Under the pieces are notes generated by a model. That model was not told the DNA's origin. It did no database searches and saw nothing but the letters and a program-made list of their open reading frames with translations. Source: Picochlorum sp. SENEW3 (Eukaryota). Taken from it: a DNA stretch of 64,000 nucleotides. How positions within the stretch are numbered: the stretch's first letter is position 1; every line of letters begins with the position of its first letter. Both the position numbers and the translations under genes were made by a program. The DNA lies in NCBI GenBank assembly GCA_034226945.1, contig CP120459.1, positions 930,001 to 994,000 on the forward strand, given 5' to 3'. Of the stretch, positions 34,218 through 46,904 are shown piece by piece.

Positions 34218-36638
34218 CTATGGAAACATGGTCAGCAATTTGTCATATATGTGGCCCAATGAGGCCTGATTCTCGAATGTCGTGGTTTTTGGTGCAGGCC
34301 AAAACGGAATGTACGTATCTGCAGGAATGTTGAAATATTCTATCGGGATGGTGCTGTTGGGGGGAATTCCATCATAGAAAAATGGACGAGAGGCAAACTG
34401 TGGTAGTTCAGAAGATAGAGCAGGAGGCGCGGGTAAACTGGCTCGGAGTTTAGCACAGGACTGCAAATATGACTGGACATCCGATGATGTGATGTTGCTG
34501 CCTTGCAACAGACTCTCAGTTTCAAGGATGGCCTTTACTGTCTCAGTAACAGCAAAGAGCCCATAGATCTCACTAATCCATGGGGATCCTTCTACTATTT
34601 GACCCGTGAAAGATGACATGGCGCACTGCAAGCGATTTCCCATACATCCCATCGATACTGTTGTTAGATTTTGGAGTTCAGGATATTTCTGTGAAAGGTA
34701 CATCAGAGTGGTTTGAAGCATGTGTGCTCCACTTCCAACCGAAGCAGAGTTGGAAAACAAGACATAGGACTTGAATGGGCTCTTGATGACCTCTCCGCGT
34801 GCCAGATACTCGTCTATGAGACCAAGAATCTGGAATTCAGAGGCGTTGTACCTCGATGATTTTGTCACTGATACAGATTTCCCACTTTGTACACTTTCCA
34901 CCACCTCAACTGTGCAGTTGTCAAATCTCTCATCTGGAGATATACACTTTGGTGGAACAATGGAGGCAAAAACTACCTCAAAAAATTTATTTGTATCTGC
35001 TTCGTCCCATGTAATACCATCTTTTTGGCACAAGTCAATTATGGAATTCCCGGCTGAACCCAGGGAATACCAGTCCCAGTTGCCAGCATTTTGGACACGA
35101 GTTCCTGGTACCAATTCATCAAAATTCAACATTGGTGTGCACATTGATGAAATAATTCTAATCCTCTCTTCATCTGAAATCTCGTTAAAAAGTATACCAG
35201 TCACATAATCCCAATGAACCTTGTTGTTGATATCCAGAGCAGCTGAAGCAGCATTGTCAATATTGTACATCACATCAGTGACACGAGTGTTGCTAGGTGG
35301 AAGAACATCATCAGTACGAGCATCTGGATAAAGAAGCTTTAGAGAAACGAGCACATTGCGAACATGACCGCCACCATTGTTTGACATATCAATTATGAGC
35401 TTGTCTATATTATTGTCCTTGGCTCGTGCTGCCATTGCATTCCAAAAGTTGACAAGGTCTTCAGCATCATTACTTCCAGCAAACGTTGGCAGCTTCCAAA
35501 CCATGACATCGCCACGCATCAAATACCCCGAGTACGTCTCAAGCTTTTTAGTGGTTGGTGATATCGCCTTAAACTGTTCAAAGCCCAACTGATCGTCTGG
35601 AACTATGAGATACCTCTTCTTCTTCTCACCTCTGGTCTTGTTCTTGCTCTGAACTTCTGTCATTCGCTTCCCATCCTTGAATTCTTTAAATCCATCGTAC
35701 AGAGAAGATTTCTGACTCAACATATTTCCAATTTCATGAGGAGGTGAGTACATGAAATTTTCAGGAACCAAAACAACAAAAGTCCAATTCCCAGTGGACC
35801 CATCATCATACTCCAACAAGAAGCCCGTTGGAAGATTCGATATGTCACCCAAATATGTACCCACCCACTTTTGTTTAGGAGTTTCAAAGTTGAAATTATC
35901 CAAAAATACATTCATGCGTACCCCTGGAGATTTAAACTGCGATTGACCTCCTATTGCAGGGTTGGAAACGAGTTTATCAAGATATGAAAGGGGATCCTCT
36001 CCATTTATTGATCTGACCACGTTTGTCTTGACGTCATAAACACTTCCGTTCACGAGTACATTGTTCACTACTTGCAATGCACCTTTCTTGTTTATTTGAA
36101 GCGAGAGCCAGCTAGGAACAGCCTCTGGGCTCTCATCAAAGAGTGACAAGGTGCCCATATCCAACCTGATACCACTCGTGTGCCCATCCTTCGCACGGAG
36201 CAAAATATCATTGATTTTATAGGCCAGCATCCCATCAGCATGACCTCTGGCCTCGATGTCTTCCCTCAATGCCTGAAACTCCTTGTCATAGTCCACCTGC
36301 CCACCTGATGTCCCATTAAAGATTTCCCATCCAAATGGATTGGCGATTGGACTGGACTTGAGGATATCGTTGTTATAGTAGTAGTACCCATAACCAGCCT
36401 TTAGAATATCATTGAAAGAATCAACAGCATCAAGGGCAAAGGCCTTGTCAATCTTTACCTTGGTGAGGCAATCCACAACATCCCCTACTGGGGCGAAGAA
36501 TATCTTCTCATCAACTGGCGTGCCACTAAAATACAAAGATGGTGACTTTGGAAAACATCTTGTTGGGTCTGGCGCAATTGTCCGGGATTGAACACCCAAG
36601 GCAAGGGAGAGCACGAGCCACTGGTACAGAGGGGCCAT
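34218..36638 (-). CDS. Secreted peptidase S41-like protein
   Basis: Signal peptide, DGHT, KLPTF and LIIDMSNNGGG (S41 'IDLRxNxGG'). Candidate nucleophile in VGSGA. Intronless. Confidence 0.72.
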   Translation of the reverse strand: MAPLYQWLVLSLALGVQSRTIAPDPTRCFPKSPSLYFSGTPVDEKIFFAPVGDVVDCLTKVKIDKAFALDAVDSFNDILKAGYGYYYYNNDILKSSPIANPFGWEIFNGTSGGQVDYDKEFQALREDIEARGHADGMLAYKINDILLRAKDGHTSGIRLDMGTLSLFDESPEAVPSWLSLQINKKGALQVVNNVLVNGSVYDVKTNVVRSINGEDPLSYLDKLVSNPAIGGQSQFKSPGVRMNVFLDNFNFETPKQKWVGTYLGDISNLPTGFLLEYDDGSTGNWTFVVLVPENFMYSPPHEIGNMLSQKSSLYDGFKEFKDGKRMTEVQSKNKTRGEKKKRYLIVPDDQLGFEQFKAISPTTKKLETYSGYLMRGDVMVWKLPTFAGSNDAEDLVNFWNAMAARAKDNNIDKLIIDMSNNGGGHVRNVLVSLKLLYPDARTDDVLPPSNTRVTDVMYNIDNAASAALDINNKVHWDYVTGILFNEISDEERIRIISSMCTPMLNFDELVPGTRVQNAGNWDWYSLGSAGNSIIDLCQKDGITWDEADTNKFFEVVFASIVPPKCISPDERFDNCTVEVVESVQSGKSVSVTKSSRYNASEFQILGLIDEYLARGEVIKSPFKSYVLFSNSASVGSGAHMLQTTLMYLSQKYPELQNLTTVSMGCMGNRLQCAMSSFTGQIVEGSPWISEIYGLFAVTETVKAILETESLLQGSNITSSDVQSYLQSCAKLRASLPAPPALSSELPQFASRPFFYDGIPPNSTIPIEYFNIPADTYIPFWPAPKTTTFENQASLGHIYDKLLTMFP

Positions 36639-37407
36639 GCTGATGACGATTCAAACAGGACGTATTGCTTCTACTATCGCATCATTATGTTTTAGAATCG
36701 GGTTTATATTGCATTACGATAGAATTTAGTTCGAACCTACACGAAACTAAACAGATTACGTTAATGTACCCGAATATATAATGGCCCTTCCCGGTCAAAA
36801 GGGACCTTGGATACCACGATACCAAAGACAACCGAGGCGCGTGTTACTGCCACATCATGCAAGAAATTTGCTGGCGTCTGTTTGGACAGAAAACGGTGCA
36901 TGCATGCTGCTGTCAAGACGGTCTCCAACATATTGCTCATGCTCTTCGACACAGCATGATGACCATGTTGGGCACATGAAATTGCTATGGCTGGTCAGCA
37001 GATGTACATGTATTATTACTTGCACGCTCTACAAAACCGATAGTAGGTACACCAAGGCCTATTGATGATCGAGGCCTTGAGAATGTTTTCACGCAGCGAC
37101 ACACATCTCGTAGTATATGGGTTTCGGAAATTCTCAATGAGGACGCCAACGTTTGTTCGGGATGACCCAATGCGTTGCAAATCAATTCAACATTGAGATG
37201 CTCCATACCTCATCATCAGGCCTATGCCTGCAATGAATTTTCCAATTGCTTTTACGAAGGAGAATGAGACTCTCCTATATATAGGCTCTTCTTCAGCCTT
37301 GTAGCATGTATATTTTCTTGATGAGAGGATCCAAGCAATCTCAGGCGATTTAAGGAGAGCAACAACACCTGATATCGGTATAGTTCTGCACACAGAGCTG
37401 AGCGACC

Positions 37408-38459
37408 ATGCGAAGCATATACGGGAGCCTACAGCGCTCATGTAGGATTCTATCGACAAGAATATTTGTGCAGCAAGCTCTCATTGAAGAAAACGCCGCA
37501 TCATCGTCATGGGTGGTGGTTCAAGACCACTCGATGGCCACGCAGAATAGGACACAAACTCGCACATTTCCTGCACTTGAATCAAATCATAGGTCATTTT
37601 CATCTTCATCAGACGATGTTAAGGACAAGGAAGCTTTTCGAGAGTCAGCTGAGCGACTTGGAGACTCAATCATGGCAGGGCACATATCTAGACACATTCT
37701 TGGGTCTGATACGACACGATCGATTAAAGAATGGGATATAACTGTGAAAGATGGTAGATCTCCATTATGGAGATGGATAGAGGACACGCTGATATCGTCG
37801 TGGCAGAATATGATTGCATCATTCATCACCAGCAGGATTGAGACGAGTTTTGATCTCTCAGAATGGTTGGAGGCATCCAAGGATGCTTTCTGGGCTGTTC
37901 ATATGTTTGGTAGTACAGAGGAATATCATTTACTAAAGCCTATGATGTCTGATGCGTTGTATCTTGCGTCAAAGAGAATATTTGAGAATTTCAAGAGTCG
38001 AAAAATGCAATATGCTCCGAGGGCACCAGATGGTGACATTGATGCTCGGATATGCGGCATTCAATTCATCAAACGCGATGAAATGCTCACGTACGTGTTA
38101 TATATAAATGTATATCAAGGAATAGTGTATGATGTCGGCAGAGAAAAGACAAGGATGCTGTGTACATGTTCTCACTTCTGTGTATATAAATATATGTGTG
38201 CAGAATGATGACGGATGAATCATCACCACTGGCTGACTCTGAACCTCCTGATTCTGAGATTTCTGGGACATGGATGGTCATATCTGTAGAATTCAAAGCA
38301 TCGTGTACCGTGGATATTCTGGATGAGACGACCAAAGAATTGGTCTCAAATATTGTGGATGCCTCTCCAAAGATATACAAGTTTTGCACTGGGCCCTTGC
38401 CCAATGCCCTTCCAAGGACATATCTGCAGAGTCCCTGGAAACTGCTGTCATACGTGTAA
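37408..38459 (+). CDS. Probable mitochondrial Tim44-like domain protein
   Basis: Presequence-like N-terminus, FDLSEWLEASKDAF and LKPMMSD motifs, and W near the C-terminus. Intron ~38091..38203. Start uncertain. Confidence 0.55.
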
Positions 38460-38653
38460 TTATCATCATCATCATCACGCAGGAATGCATATATACATAC
38501 CTACTAGGTATCTGAGGAAAATTTCCAATCTGCATCTGCAGGAATGCATTCTATATTCTATTTAAGGATTTGTTTCGATACCGCCCATGCGCATGAAATC
38601 ACCATGCGAAATTATACTTTAATTCTGTAATATATCCATATAATTGAATCAAA

Positions 38654-40206
38654 ATGGGACTCGTCAGGTGTGTACGAGGGCAGTTGAGCAGGGTTCAGAA
38701 TCCAGGCGTTCTGACCGAATTGAAGAATTCGCTCGGTAGAACATTTGCGAGTGCTGCTGAACCAATACAAGGTATGTTTCGTTATTTTTCATGGTATATT
38801 GGGCCTTGTATCCATTGTGCGATGGCTATTCTTGTTTATTTGAACTCTACTACAGTAGGGAGACGAATGACCTTGTTTTTACCTTGGAGTGGAGATTTGC
38901 AATAACAAATATGTTACAAATTTATACAGTGGTTGATTCCGAGGAGAAGATGGGCAGTCTCGAAGAGTTGATCGAGAAGAAGGGGATTCAGCTTCGAGGT
39001 GCTCCAATGTACTTGGATATGCAGTCGACGACCCCTATGGATCCCCGGGTGCTGGATGCAATGCTTCCTTTAATGACAGATCAGTATGGAAACCCTCACT
39101 CGCGGACGCACTTGTTCGGCTGGGAGGCAGAAGAGGCTGTGGAGGAGGCACGAGAGGATGTTGCTCACTTGATTGGAGCAAATGCAAAGGAGATCATCTT
39201 TACATCCGGGGCAACAGAGTCAAATAATCTGGCAATTAAAGGAGTTGCTGGGTTTTACAAGGAGAAGAAAAATCACATTATTACGACGCAGACGGATCAT
39301 AAATGTGTGCTGGATTCATGTCGTGTGTTGCAGCAGAAGGGCTTTGATGTGACATATTTGCCGGTGCAGTCCAACGGTTTGATTGATCTGAATCAGCTAA
39401 AGGAAGAAATACGTCCTGAGACGGCGTTAGTTTCTGTCATGGCTGTGAACAATGAGATTGGTGTGGTGCAGCCTTTGAAGGAGATTGGTCAGTTGTGTCG
39501 CAAGAACAAGGTGTTCTTCCACACGGATGCTGCACAGGCAGTTGGAAAAGTTCCCATTGATGTGAATGAAATGAATATTGACTTGATGTCTATATCTGGG
39601 CATAAATTGTACGGTCCAAAGGGTATTGGAGCAATTTATGTGAGAAGGAGGCCAAGAGTGAGGCTGGAGCCCCAAATTAATGGAGGGGGCCAGGAGCGTG
39701 GTTTGAGATCCGGGACTGTGCCTTCATTTTTGGCCGTTGGGTTGGGAAAAGCATGTGAAGTCGCAGCGAAGGAGATGGAGAATGATACGAGGCATATTGA
39801 GCGATTGGCCCGGAAATTGTATGATGATGTGACATCCAAATTGGATGGTGTGGTGCTCAATGGTGACCCTGAGCATCGATATTGGGGAAATGTGAATCTG
39901 AGCTTTGCGTATGTCGAAGGAGAAAGTCTTTTGATGGGACTGAAGGACTTAGCTGTGAGCTCAGGATCAGCATGCACGTCTGCATCTTTGGAGCCATCAT
40001 ATGTGCTTCGAGCTTTGGGAGTAGACGAGGAGATGGCACACACCTCGATCAGGTTCGGTATTGGACGATTTACGACTGATGAAGAGGTTGAAAGGGCGGT
40101 AGATATGACCGTGAATCATGTGAACAAATTGAGGGAGATGTCTCCCCTCTGGGAAATGGTTCAAGAGGGCATTGACCTGAAAACAATTCAATGGTCACAG
40201 CATTAG
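38654..40206 (+). CDS. NFS1: Mitochondrial cysteine desulfurase
   Basis: [37 protein letters not shown] and IQWSQH motifs. Intron 38772..38929. Confidence 0.97.
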
Positions 40207-40302
40207 ACACATTGCACAGATTGAATCTTGTGTAGCATTTTTTAAAATTTTATACAAGTACTACATGTAAATTTTGTACACTCAATTGGCGCTGCTGCAT
40301 CC

Positions 40303-43300
40303 CTAAAATCCATCTGATCTCAGCAATTGGTGCATGGCATCAATGAGCTTTGACTGGGACATATCAGTCTGAGGATCCTCGATTTTCCGGGCGAGCAATC
40401 GGGCAAGTTCTGCGCGTAACTCTCTAACAAGTACTCCAATACGCGCTGGAGCTTTGAAAGATGCCCAATCATCCACGAGAATCATCCCCTTTTCATGTTG
40501 CACGGTGATGTGGCCTCCAAAGAGCAGGACAGCATACACTGGAACCATGGAGCACTCTCTGATGAATATTTTCGATGTTTCCATGATGTCCGAATATACA
40601 AGCCATCCAGATTCAAACTTCCCTGCGGAGAAATTCACGGAGGATGGATGAATGAACACACGGCCCTTTTCTCGGTCAAAGAGTTTCACTCTTGCTCCAG
40701 ATCCTTCTGTCTCTATTGCGCCACCTTGAATCTTCTGGAATTGCGCTGCAGGGTTCTGCACTCGAAGTAACTGAGGATAGAAGCCGGATGAGAGGGCGGC
40801 TTTCACAACGCGACCATGACCAGCGTATTCATCAACTCCCCCATACTCTGAAAATGTTGTCGTCACATCATTGTTTATTGTGAGGCCTGGAGGAGTGTAA
40901 TCTGCCCTGCATGCAATTGAGGGATATGAATGGGGAACGAAACCGAGCTCTACTAGAATTTCTGCGTATTGTCGCCTTCCAGAATGGATCGACTCCATTG
41001 CTTGATCTGATATAAACTTTTCTGCCGAATACATCGAAGCAGATTTTCTGCCAGAGGTAGCCAGAACGTGCCTCCATCCATTGTATGCCCCAATTATGGC
41101 AATGTGATCCGATTTGGATGACACATTCGGTCCCAGAATACTCTGCTTCGCCTGCAAAGCCTCCTCTCTCTTGTCAGGGGTGGACCAGAACACAGGTTTT
41201 CCAAAGGCCTGGGCTGCAACAATGGTCAGGACTGGGTCGAGACATCGAAGTATGGCTCCATAAATTAGCATTTTACCTAGCTTTGGATCACATGGCATTC
41301 TAGTGAGATGCTTACCAAGGGGCGTCAAAGACTGGGTCGTGACATCAAGGGCACCCATGCGCTCCAGAGATGTCACAGCCTGCTGCAATCCATCCGTTGG
41401 TGGTGGCGTCAGCATTTGATGCAACGTCTCAAAAATATCTCCCGAAGTGATGGCTTTTGTATCCATCACCAGAGCATGCAAAGAGGATCTAGAAATCTCT
41501 GGCAATGTATTCTTCTCCATCTTTGACCAATTCTTTTTGCTGAAAAGTCGATAGCATACACCAGGCTGAACTCTACCAGCTCGCCCTCGTCGCTGCTGAC
41601 AGGAAGCCTGTGATACAAATACCTCCTGTAGACGAGATATTCCTTTCACCGGATCGAACCTAACCTCATTTGCTTTGCCAGAGTCAATAACGCAGGTGAC
41701 ATCATCAATTGTGATGGATGTTTCAGCCACATTAGTAGCAACAACAACCTTTGTGACTCCAGCAGGCGGCCTTTCAAACACCTTACTTTGCTGAGATGGA
41801 GGAAGACCACCATGCAGCGGAAGAACTCTCAACTGGAACCCATGGCCTGCAACGCTGCTAGATGTTTGCAGCCCCTTGACCAATCTATTGATCAATGCAG
41901 CCCCAGGAACAAATATTAAAATTGCACCCAGAGAGTTTCCACCCTTATTTTTAATATTCTCACGAATTATGTGAGCAACCAATATTTCTATTAACTCCGT
42001 GTTGATGACTGTTTCATCCACAAGGGACAATGACTTTATTGTGTTTGGTGAGTACTCTGATTTTTCATGTGCATCATCTATATCAATCGATTTGGCATCC
42101 TTTCTCGCCCATTTGGATGACTTACCGACTTCGTAGCCCGTACGCTCAAATATATCATCCAAGAAGAAATCTTGCACAGGATGGGTGAAGCCTGGAATGG
42201 ATATAATTGGTGCCGAGGAATCAACACTTTTAAAGTACCCAGCAAATAGTTCTGCTTCGGCAGTTGCAGACATGAGAATCACCTTCAAATTCCTACTTTT
42301 CTTGGAGCGGAGCAAATCACGCAGAATAAAAAGCAGCAAATCTGATTCAATTGTCCTTTCATGCACCTCATCCAAAACAATGTGTGTGACAGACTCCAGT
42401 TCTGGATCAGCCAGCAACCTTCGTAGCATCACACCAGTGGTGCAAAATAGCAATCTCGTCTGTTTTGATACTTTTGAATCTAATCTAACACTATACCCTA
42501 CACTAGAACCGACCTTTTGCTCACCTCTTTCGTGAGAGACACGAGATGCCAGCCCAATGGCAGATATTCTGCGGGGCTGTGTACAGATGATATTGCAAGA
42601 CCCTCCCTTTTCTTTTGCAATCTCATTCTCCAATATGAATTGAGGAATTTGCGTCGATTTTCCGCAACCAGTTGATCCCATGATGATGGTGACCTCGTTC
42701 CTCTCAATAGAATCAAGAACTGATTGACGCTTGGATGCAGCAGGTAGACGTTCTCTCAACTCCTTCATTTTCGCATGGCGTGGATTCGTGTTCAGTTCTT
42801 CTTGCCATTTTGATAACCTTTTACTTTCCTGCACTACTTCATCTCGTGTAAGAGCGAGAGTTCTCTTTCTGGCGGATTTGACACGTTTATGATTACCATC
42901 CTGGTTCTGTCTGCTGGCCTTGCCTTCTGCGAGACCAGAGACAATTCTAGGCGCCTCTGCACCACCGCTCCTACTTTCTGATATGAAAGATGCGATCACT
43001 TCTGGCAGATGCTCAGATATATGGGAGACTACTTCGTACATGACAGGTTGACCCACCAGCTCAGCCATGTGTGATGCAGCCATCTTTGTTACTTTCTGAA
43101 TGCACGGCCCTGGAAGGCTCGGACAACAGATTGAAACTATGGGAGAAACGTGAGGATATATCTCATCATCATCATTCAAAGATGATGTATTTGAAAGGTA
43201 AAATCGCACATCAACATCCACACCTTCCATACCAGCATCCAGAGCACACATGCTGGACACCTGTTCCAGGATGTCCTGATTGAGGGGAACCTGGATGGAT

Positions 43301-44714
43301 ACCTGGATCTCTTGGTGTCCATTCATCTTCAATAGATCTCCATAAATAGCGTCCAAAGCAACCTTTTCTTCCTCTAGTTCATCATTTACTGCAGCAGTTT
43401 CAGAGTTGAGATATGCATCTTCTGACCCAAATGAACCCTCCTTGCACATGCTCAAAAACAATGAAACAATAGCACGTCTCACATCTCCTCGATTTTTCTC
43501 TAAAGCATCCATGGCTTGATGCGCCTCGTAACCACAATGAACAAGCTCCTGCAACGATGGATCCACAATCTCTGCATCATCTTCCCGTTCCACCGATCTA
43601 ATCACCGTCACAGGCTTGCCGGCAGCCCCTGATGCGAATTCAGAAGGTAATCGATCCTCTGGGATATGCAGACAGAGCCAATCCAATGCAGATGAGAGCG
43701 AGTCACAATAGCATGCTGCCTGCTCAGCATCCTGCTCAGCAAACCCCAAACTCCCCAACTCAAATATCAAATCATCCATACGCTCAGAACCATTCATTTC
43801 TTCTTGACGAATGGGTATACCTCCATTAGAAGCTCTCACATCCCGCAAAACCTCCTCCACCATATCCCGGTGGCCTTGTGTCATGATAACTGTCGATGGC
43901 CCCTGCTTCTTCAATGCCCTCGCCTTCCTTTCCCTCTCCTTCCTCCGCCTCTCTTCATCCCTCTGCTTTCTTTCCTCTTTTTTCACCTTCTTCTCTTCTA
44001 AAGACTTCCATAGTCCCACATAGGGCGGAGGCAACGTCCTCTCGAGTGCCCTATTCCCAGCAATCTCATGAAGAGCAAGCACAGCAGCCTTTTGCTGCGC
44101 CTCATTCTCAGACGCACATGCCTCTTTTGAATCCAAAAAAAGCACAATATCCTCTTCAGATTTCTTAGGATGAGGAAGAACAACCTATACACACATACAC
44201 ACCTGTTCAACACACCCAGACTCTCTCCCCCATACCCCAAGCACACACATACCTTGCACCGCCACAGAGACTTTTCCTCATCATATATCCCTTTGTACCG
44301 AGTCTTGGGCATCTTATCCCTCTGCCTCATCTCCTGGAGGATCAATTTCGGACTCTTATAATCATATGCTCCGCTCTTGCTCCCCACATCCATGATTCGG
44401 AAGGACGACTCCTTTGCCGACCCATTCGCATCTTTCCCACCCAAAGATCTTTTAGATTGTAATATAGAAGCATTTGATACCCTCTCAGATGCCCCATTGT
44501 CCGTAGAATTCAAAGACTCGATCACATCTGCATGTTGCCGTTTTATATGGTCGTTGAGTCTCCCAATTTGCTTGAAAATTCGATCGCAATGGGGGCATTT
44601 CTGCTCTTGATTTCTTTTATCGATAACAGATGGGCCTTTGCTCCCTCCACCTCCACCAGAAGTGAATACTTTGGCAGCTTTTCTCTTTTCGTCACGATTC
44701 TTCACCTTTCCCAT
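40303..44714 (-). CDS. DExH RNA helicase, DHX57/DHX29-like (C2H2, UBA, RWD, helicase)
   Basis: GSTGCGKST, DEVHER, MSAT and QRRGRAGR motifs. Exon 1 starts MGKVKNR (44714). Intron 44185..44252. Confidence 0.9.
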
Positions 44715-44835
44715 TTGACACCCAACAACCACACACAATCGCCAATCATTGGCATCTATCGCATCTAGTATGTATTTATTACATAAATTTATGGACTAGG
44801 GCGAGTGGTGAGATTGTTCTAGTGCCATTTCTGGA

Positions 44836-46680
44836 TCAATCGGTGAGAAGTGCCATTCGATCTCGAGGCAGGTCGATGAGGAATCGATACCGGATCAGAA
44901 TGTCATTGCAAAGGACGCCACCAGTGTAATGTGACAGTTCAACGCCTCCAGATGTGCCATCTGCTGCCACAAGGCAGTCTACATTCTCGATGGGGTGATC
45001 GCCAATTTTGATGACGTCCAGTTTGACAGAGGAGAGTTTGATGTTTGAGCCAGACGATCCTCCAACTCCCCTCACTGTACGAGTACCTTTTGAACGGCCT
45101 TGGTCAGAGAGAAGATCAAGATGTGATGCAGTTAATCCATTCATCATGAGTTGCATGCCTCCCGCTCCCGAGTCTACCATGAAGAGAATTTCCTGTGATG
45201 TGGTGCCATGTGTGCATTGCACCCCAAGGTGAGGCAAGGACGATACCCATCGCACATTCATCCATGTCGTCGGATCATCTATTTCTATCTCTTCTCTTGG
45301 ATCGTACATATCTATTTCAATCTCCTGACAGCCTTTCCTCTTGTTTGCACGAGACTCCAATGTAGAAAAGGCCATGGCTGCAGCAGGGCTGGAGACATAT
45401 GTCTCCTTGTCAGATGAGACTGGTGGTTCAGCTTGTACCACCACCTGAGGAATGTCAAAGACTGCTCGACTCATAATGTCACAACCGATGATGCCGACGA
45501 TTGGACCTGGTCCCCCTCGAACCAGGCCACTGCAGTCCATTTCCATCATGAGCATGTTGCTCACCCGAAGAGGACCTAATTCCATGGACTTGCATTCTCT
45601 GAATGTTCCGTCCAAATCACCTGCCATACCCTTTACTTTAAAAGATCCAAATGTTTCTAAATCAAAGGATGCTGCTGCATTGCTATCAATCACAGAGCCA
45701 CTGGCACCCGTGTCAAACAACCAGTACCCAGAATTCTTCCCATCAATCATTGCCTTGACCAAAATATGACCGCTATTCGTCACCCATGCTGGTAGCTTGT
45801 ATCTTTTATGACTAAATTCTGTATCTAATGCCATTAGAACTGGCTCAGGCATGGTAAAATCCTGCCATGATGAACTGATTCTTCTCTGAATGCTGTCTAC
45901 ATTGAGCAGATTTGTGCCACTCATGGTGTCATACTGAATCCTCTCTGGGTATCTCATCACGTCATGCATATCCACGTGTGAATCTATAGTCCACGATTTC
46001 CAATCCAAAAATTGCAGTACCTCGGAGTCACTCCGCAAATCAAAGTCAATATTCACAACCTGGAGCGTATCCTCGTCGACAGTCAACATGCCATTCACCC
46101 TCCCATCCTCCAATCGAATACGAATACAAATGGACCCATCATCCCCCGATTTCGAAAGTAAATCGATACTCAGCGCTTGACGCAATGCCGGAGATGACCA
46201 GACGCCACTACGAACCCAATTCACCAGTACCGTCAACTCATGGTCGTCCAACTCCAAACTCTGCGTCAGCCCAGTGTGGTCTCCGCTCCAAGAACGAGAG
46301 CCAGACGTGCCATCAAACCCACTTATAGTAGTAAACTTGTCCGTCTTCACCTCCTCGCGAAATGCGCCATTCCATGCCACAGAAAAACGCCATGTCGACT
46401 CCAACCCAAGCTGCACTCCGGTCCCAGAGAACACAGTCACCTGATCTCCCACACAGGCACCATGCTCCCTATGAATACCTTCAACAATATCATATACATC
46501 ATCAGGACATTGTGATGGACCATATACCGTTCCTTTCCCAGCCAAAGGGACCACCAAAGTCACATGTGGGGAACTCTGCCCATGTGACATGCACCGCTTC
46601 AGACTGCCCCGATGACATCGATGGTGGTGTCTATAGATGGATCTATATAGTTTATTGGTCCACGAATGCATGATGTTCAT
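44836..46680 (-). CDS. Tandem retropepsin-like aspartyl protease
   Basis: LFDTGASG...GIIGCD and MVDSGAGG...GVLCND motifs. Confidence 0.72.
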   Translation of the reverse strand: MNIMHSWTNKLYRSIYRHHHRCHRGSLKRCMSHGQSSPHVTLVVPLAGKGTVYGPSQCPDDVYDIVEGIHREHGACVGDQVTVFSGTGVQLGLESTWRFSVAWNGAFREEVKTDKFTTISGFDGTSGSRSWSGDHTGLTQSLELDDHELTVLVNWVRSGVWSSPALRQALSIDLLSKSGDDGSICIRIRLEDGRVNGMLTVDEDTLQVVNIDFDLRSDSEVLQFLDWKSWTIDSHVDMHDVMRYPERIQYDTMSGTNLLNVDSIQRRISSSWQDFTMPEPVLMALDTEFSHKRYKLPAWVTNSGHILVKAMIDGKNSGYWLFDTGASGSVIDSNAAASFDLETFGSFKVKGMAGDLDGTFRECKSMELGPLRVSNMLMMEMDCSGLVRGGPGPIVGIIGCDIMSRAVFDIPQVVVQAEPPVSSDKETYVSSPAAAMAFSTLESRANKRKGCQEIEIDMYDPREEIEIDDPTTWMNVRWVSSLPHLGVQCTHGTTSQEILFMVDSGAGGMQLMMNGLTASHLDLLSDQGRSKGTRTVRGVGGSSGSNIKLSSVKLDVIKIGDHPIENVDCLVAADGTSGGVELSHYTGGVLCNDILIRYRFLIDLPRDRMALLTD

Positions 46681-46904
46681 TCTGTCCCACCCTATCTGCT
46701 TCTAGTCAAATACGAGTGAACGAATGCACATCAATGCCATTCATGAACAAAAAATCCAATATTCTGTTGCTCTCAGAAAAAATAGAATACATACAGCAAT
46801 GAATTTACATGTTGTTTGATTGGTACATATCAAAATCACGACGCATGAACGCCATGATTCCTCAAAAGTGAGTCCATCTTCATACCAGATTCACTTATGG
46901 TGAT

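Noticed and set aside
36761..37459. Short ORFs between the S41-like and Tim44-like genes
   Set aside because: No recognisable motifs and no consistent splice model.
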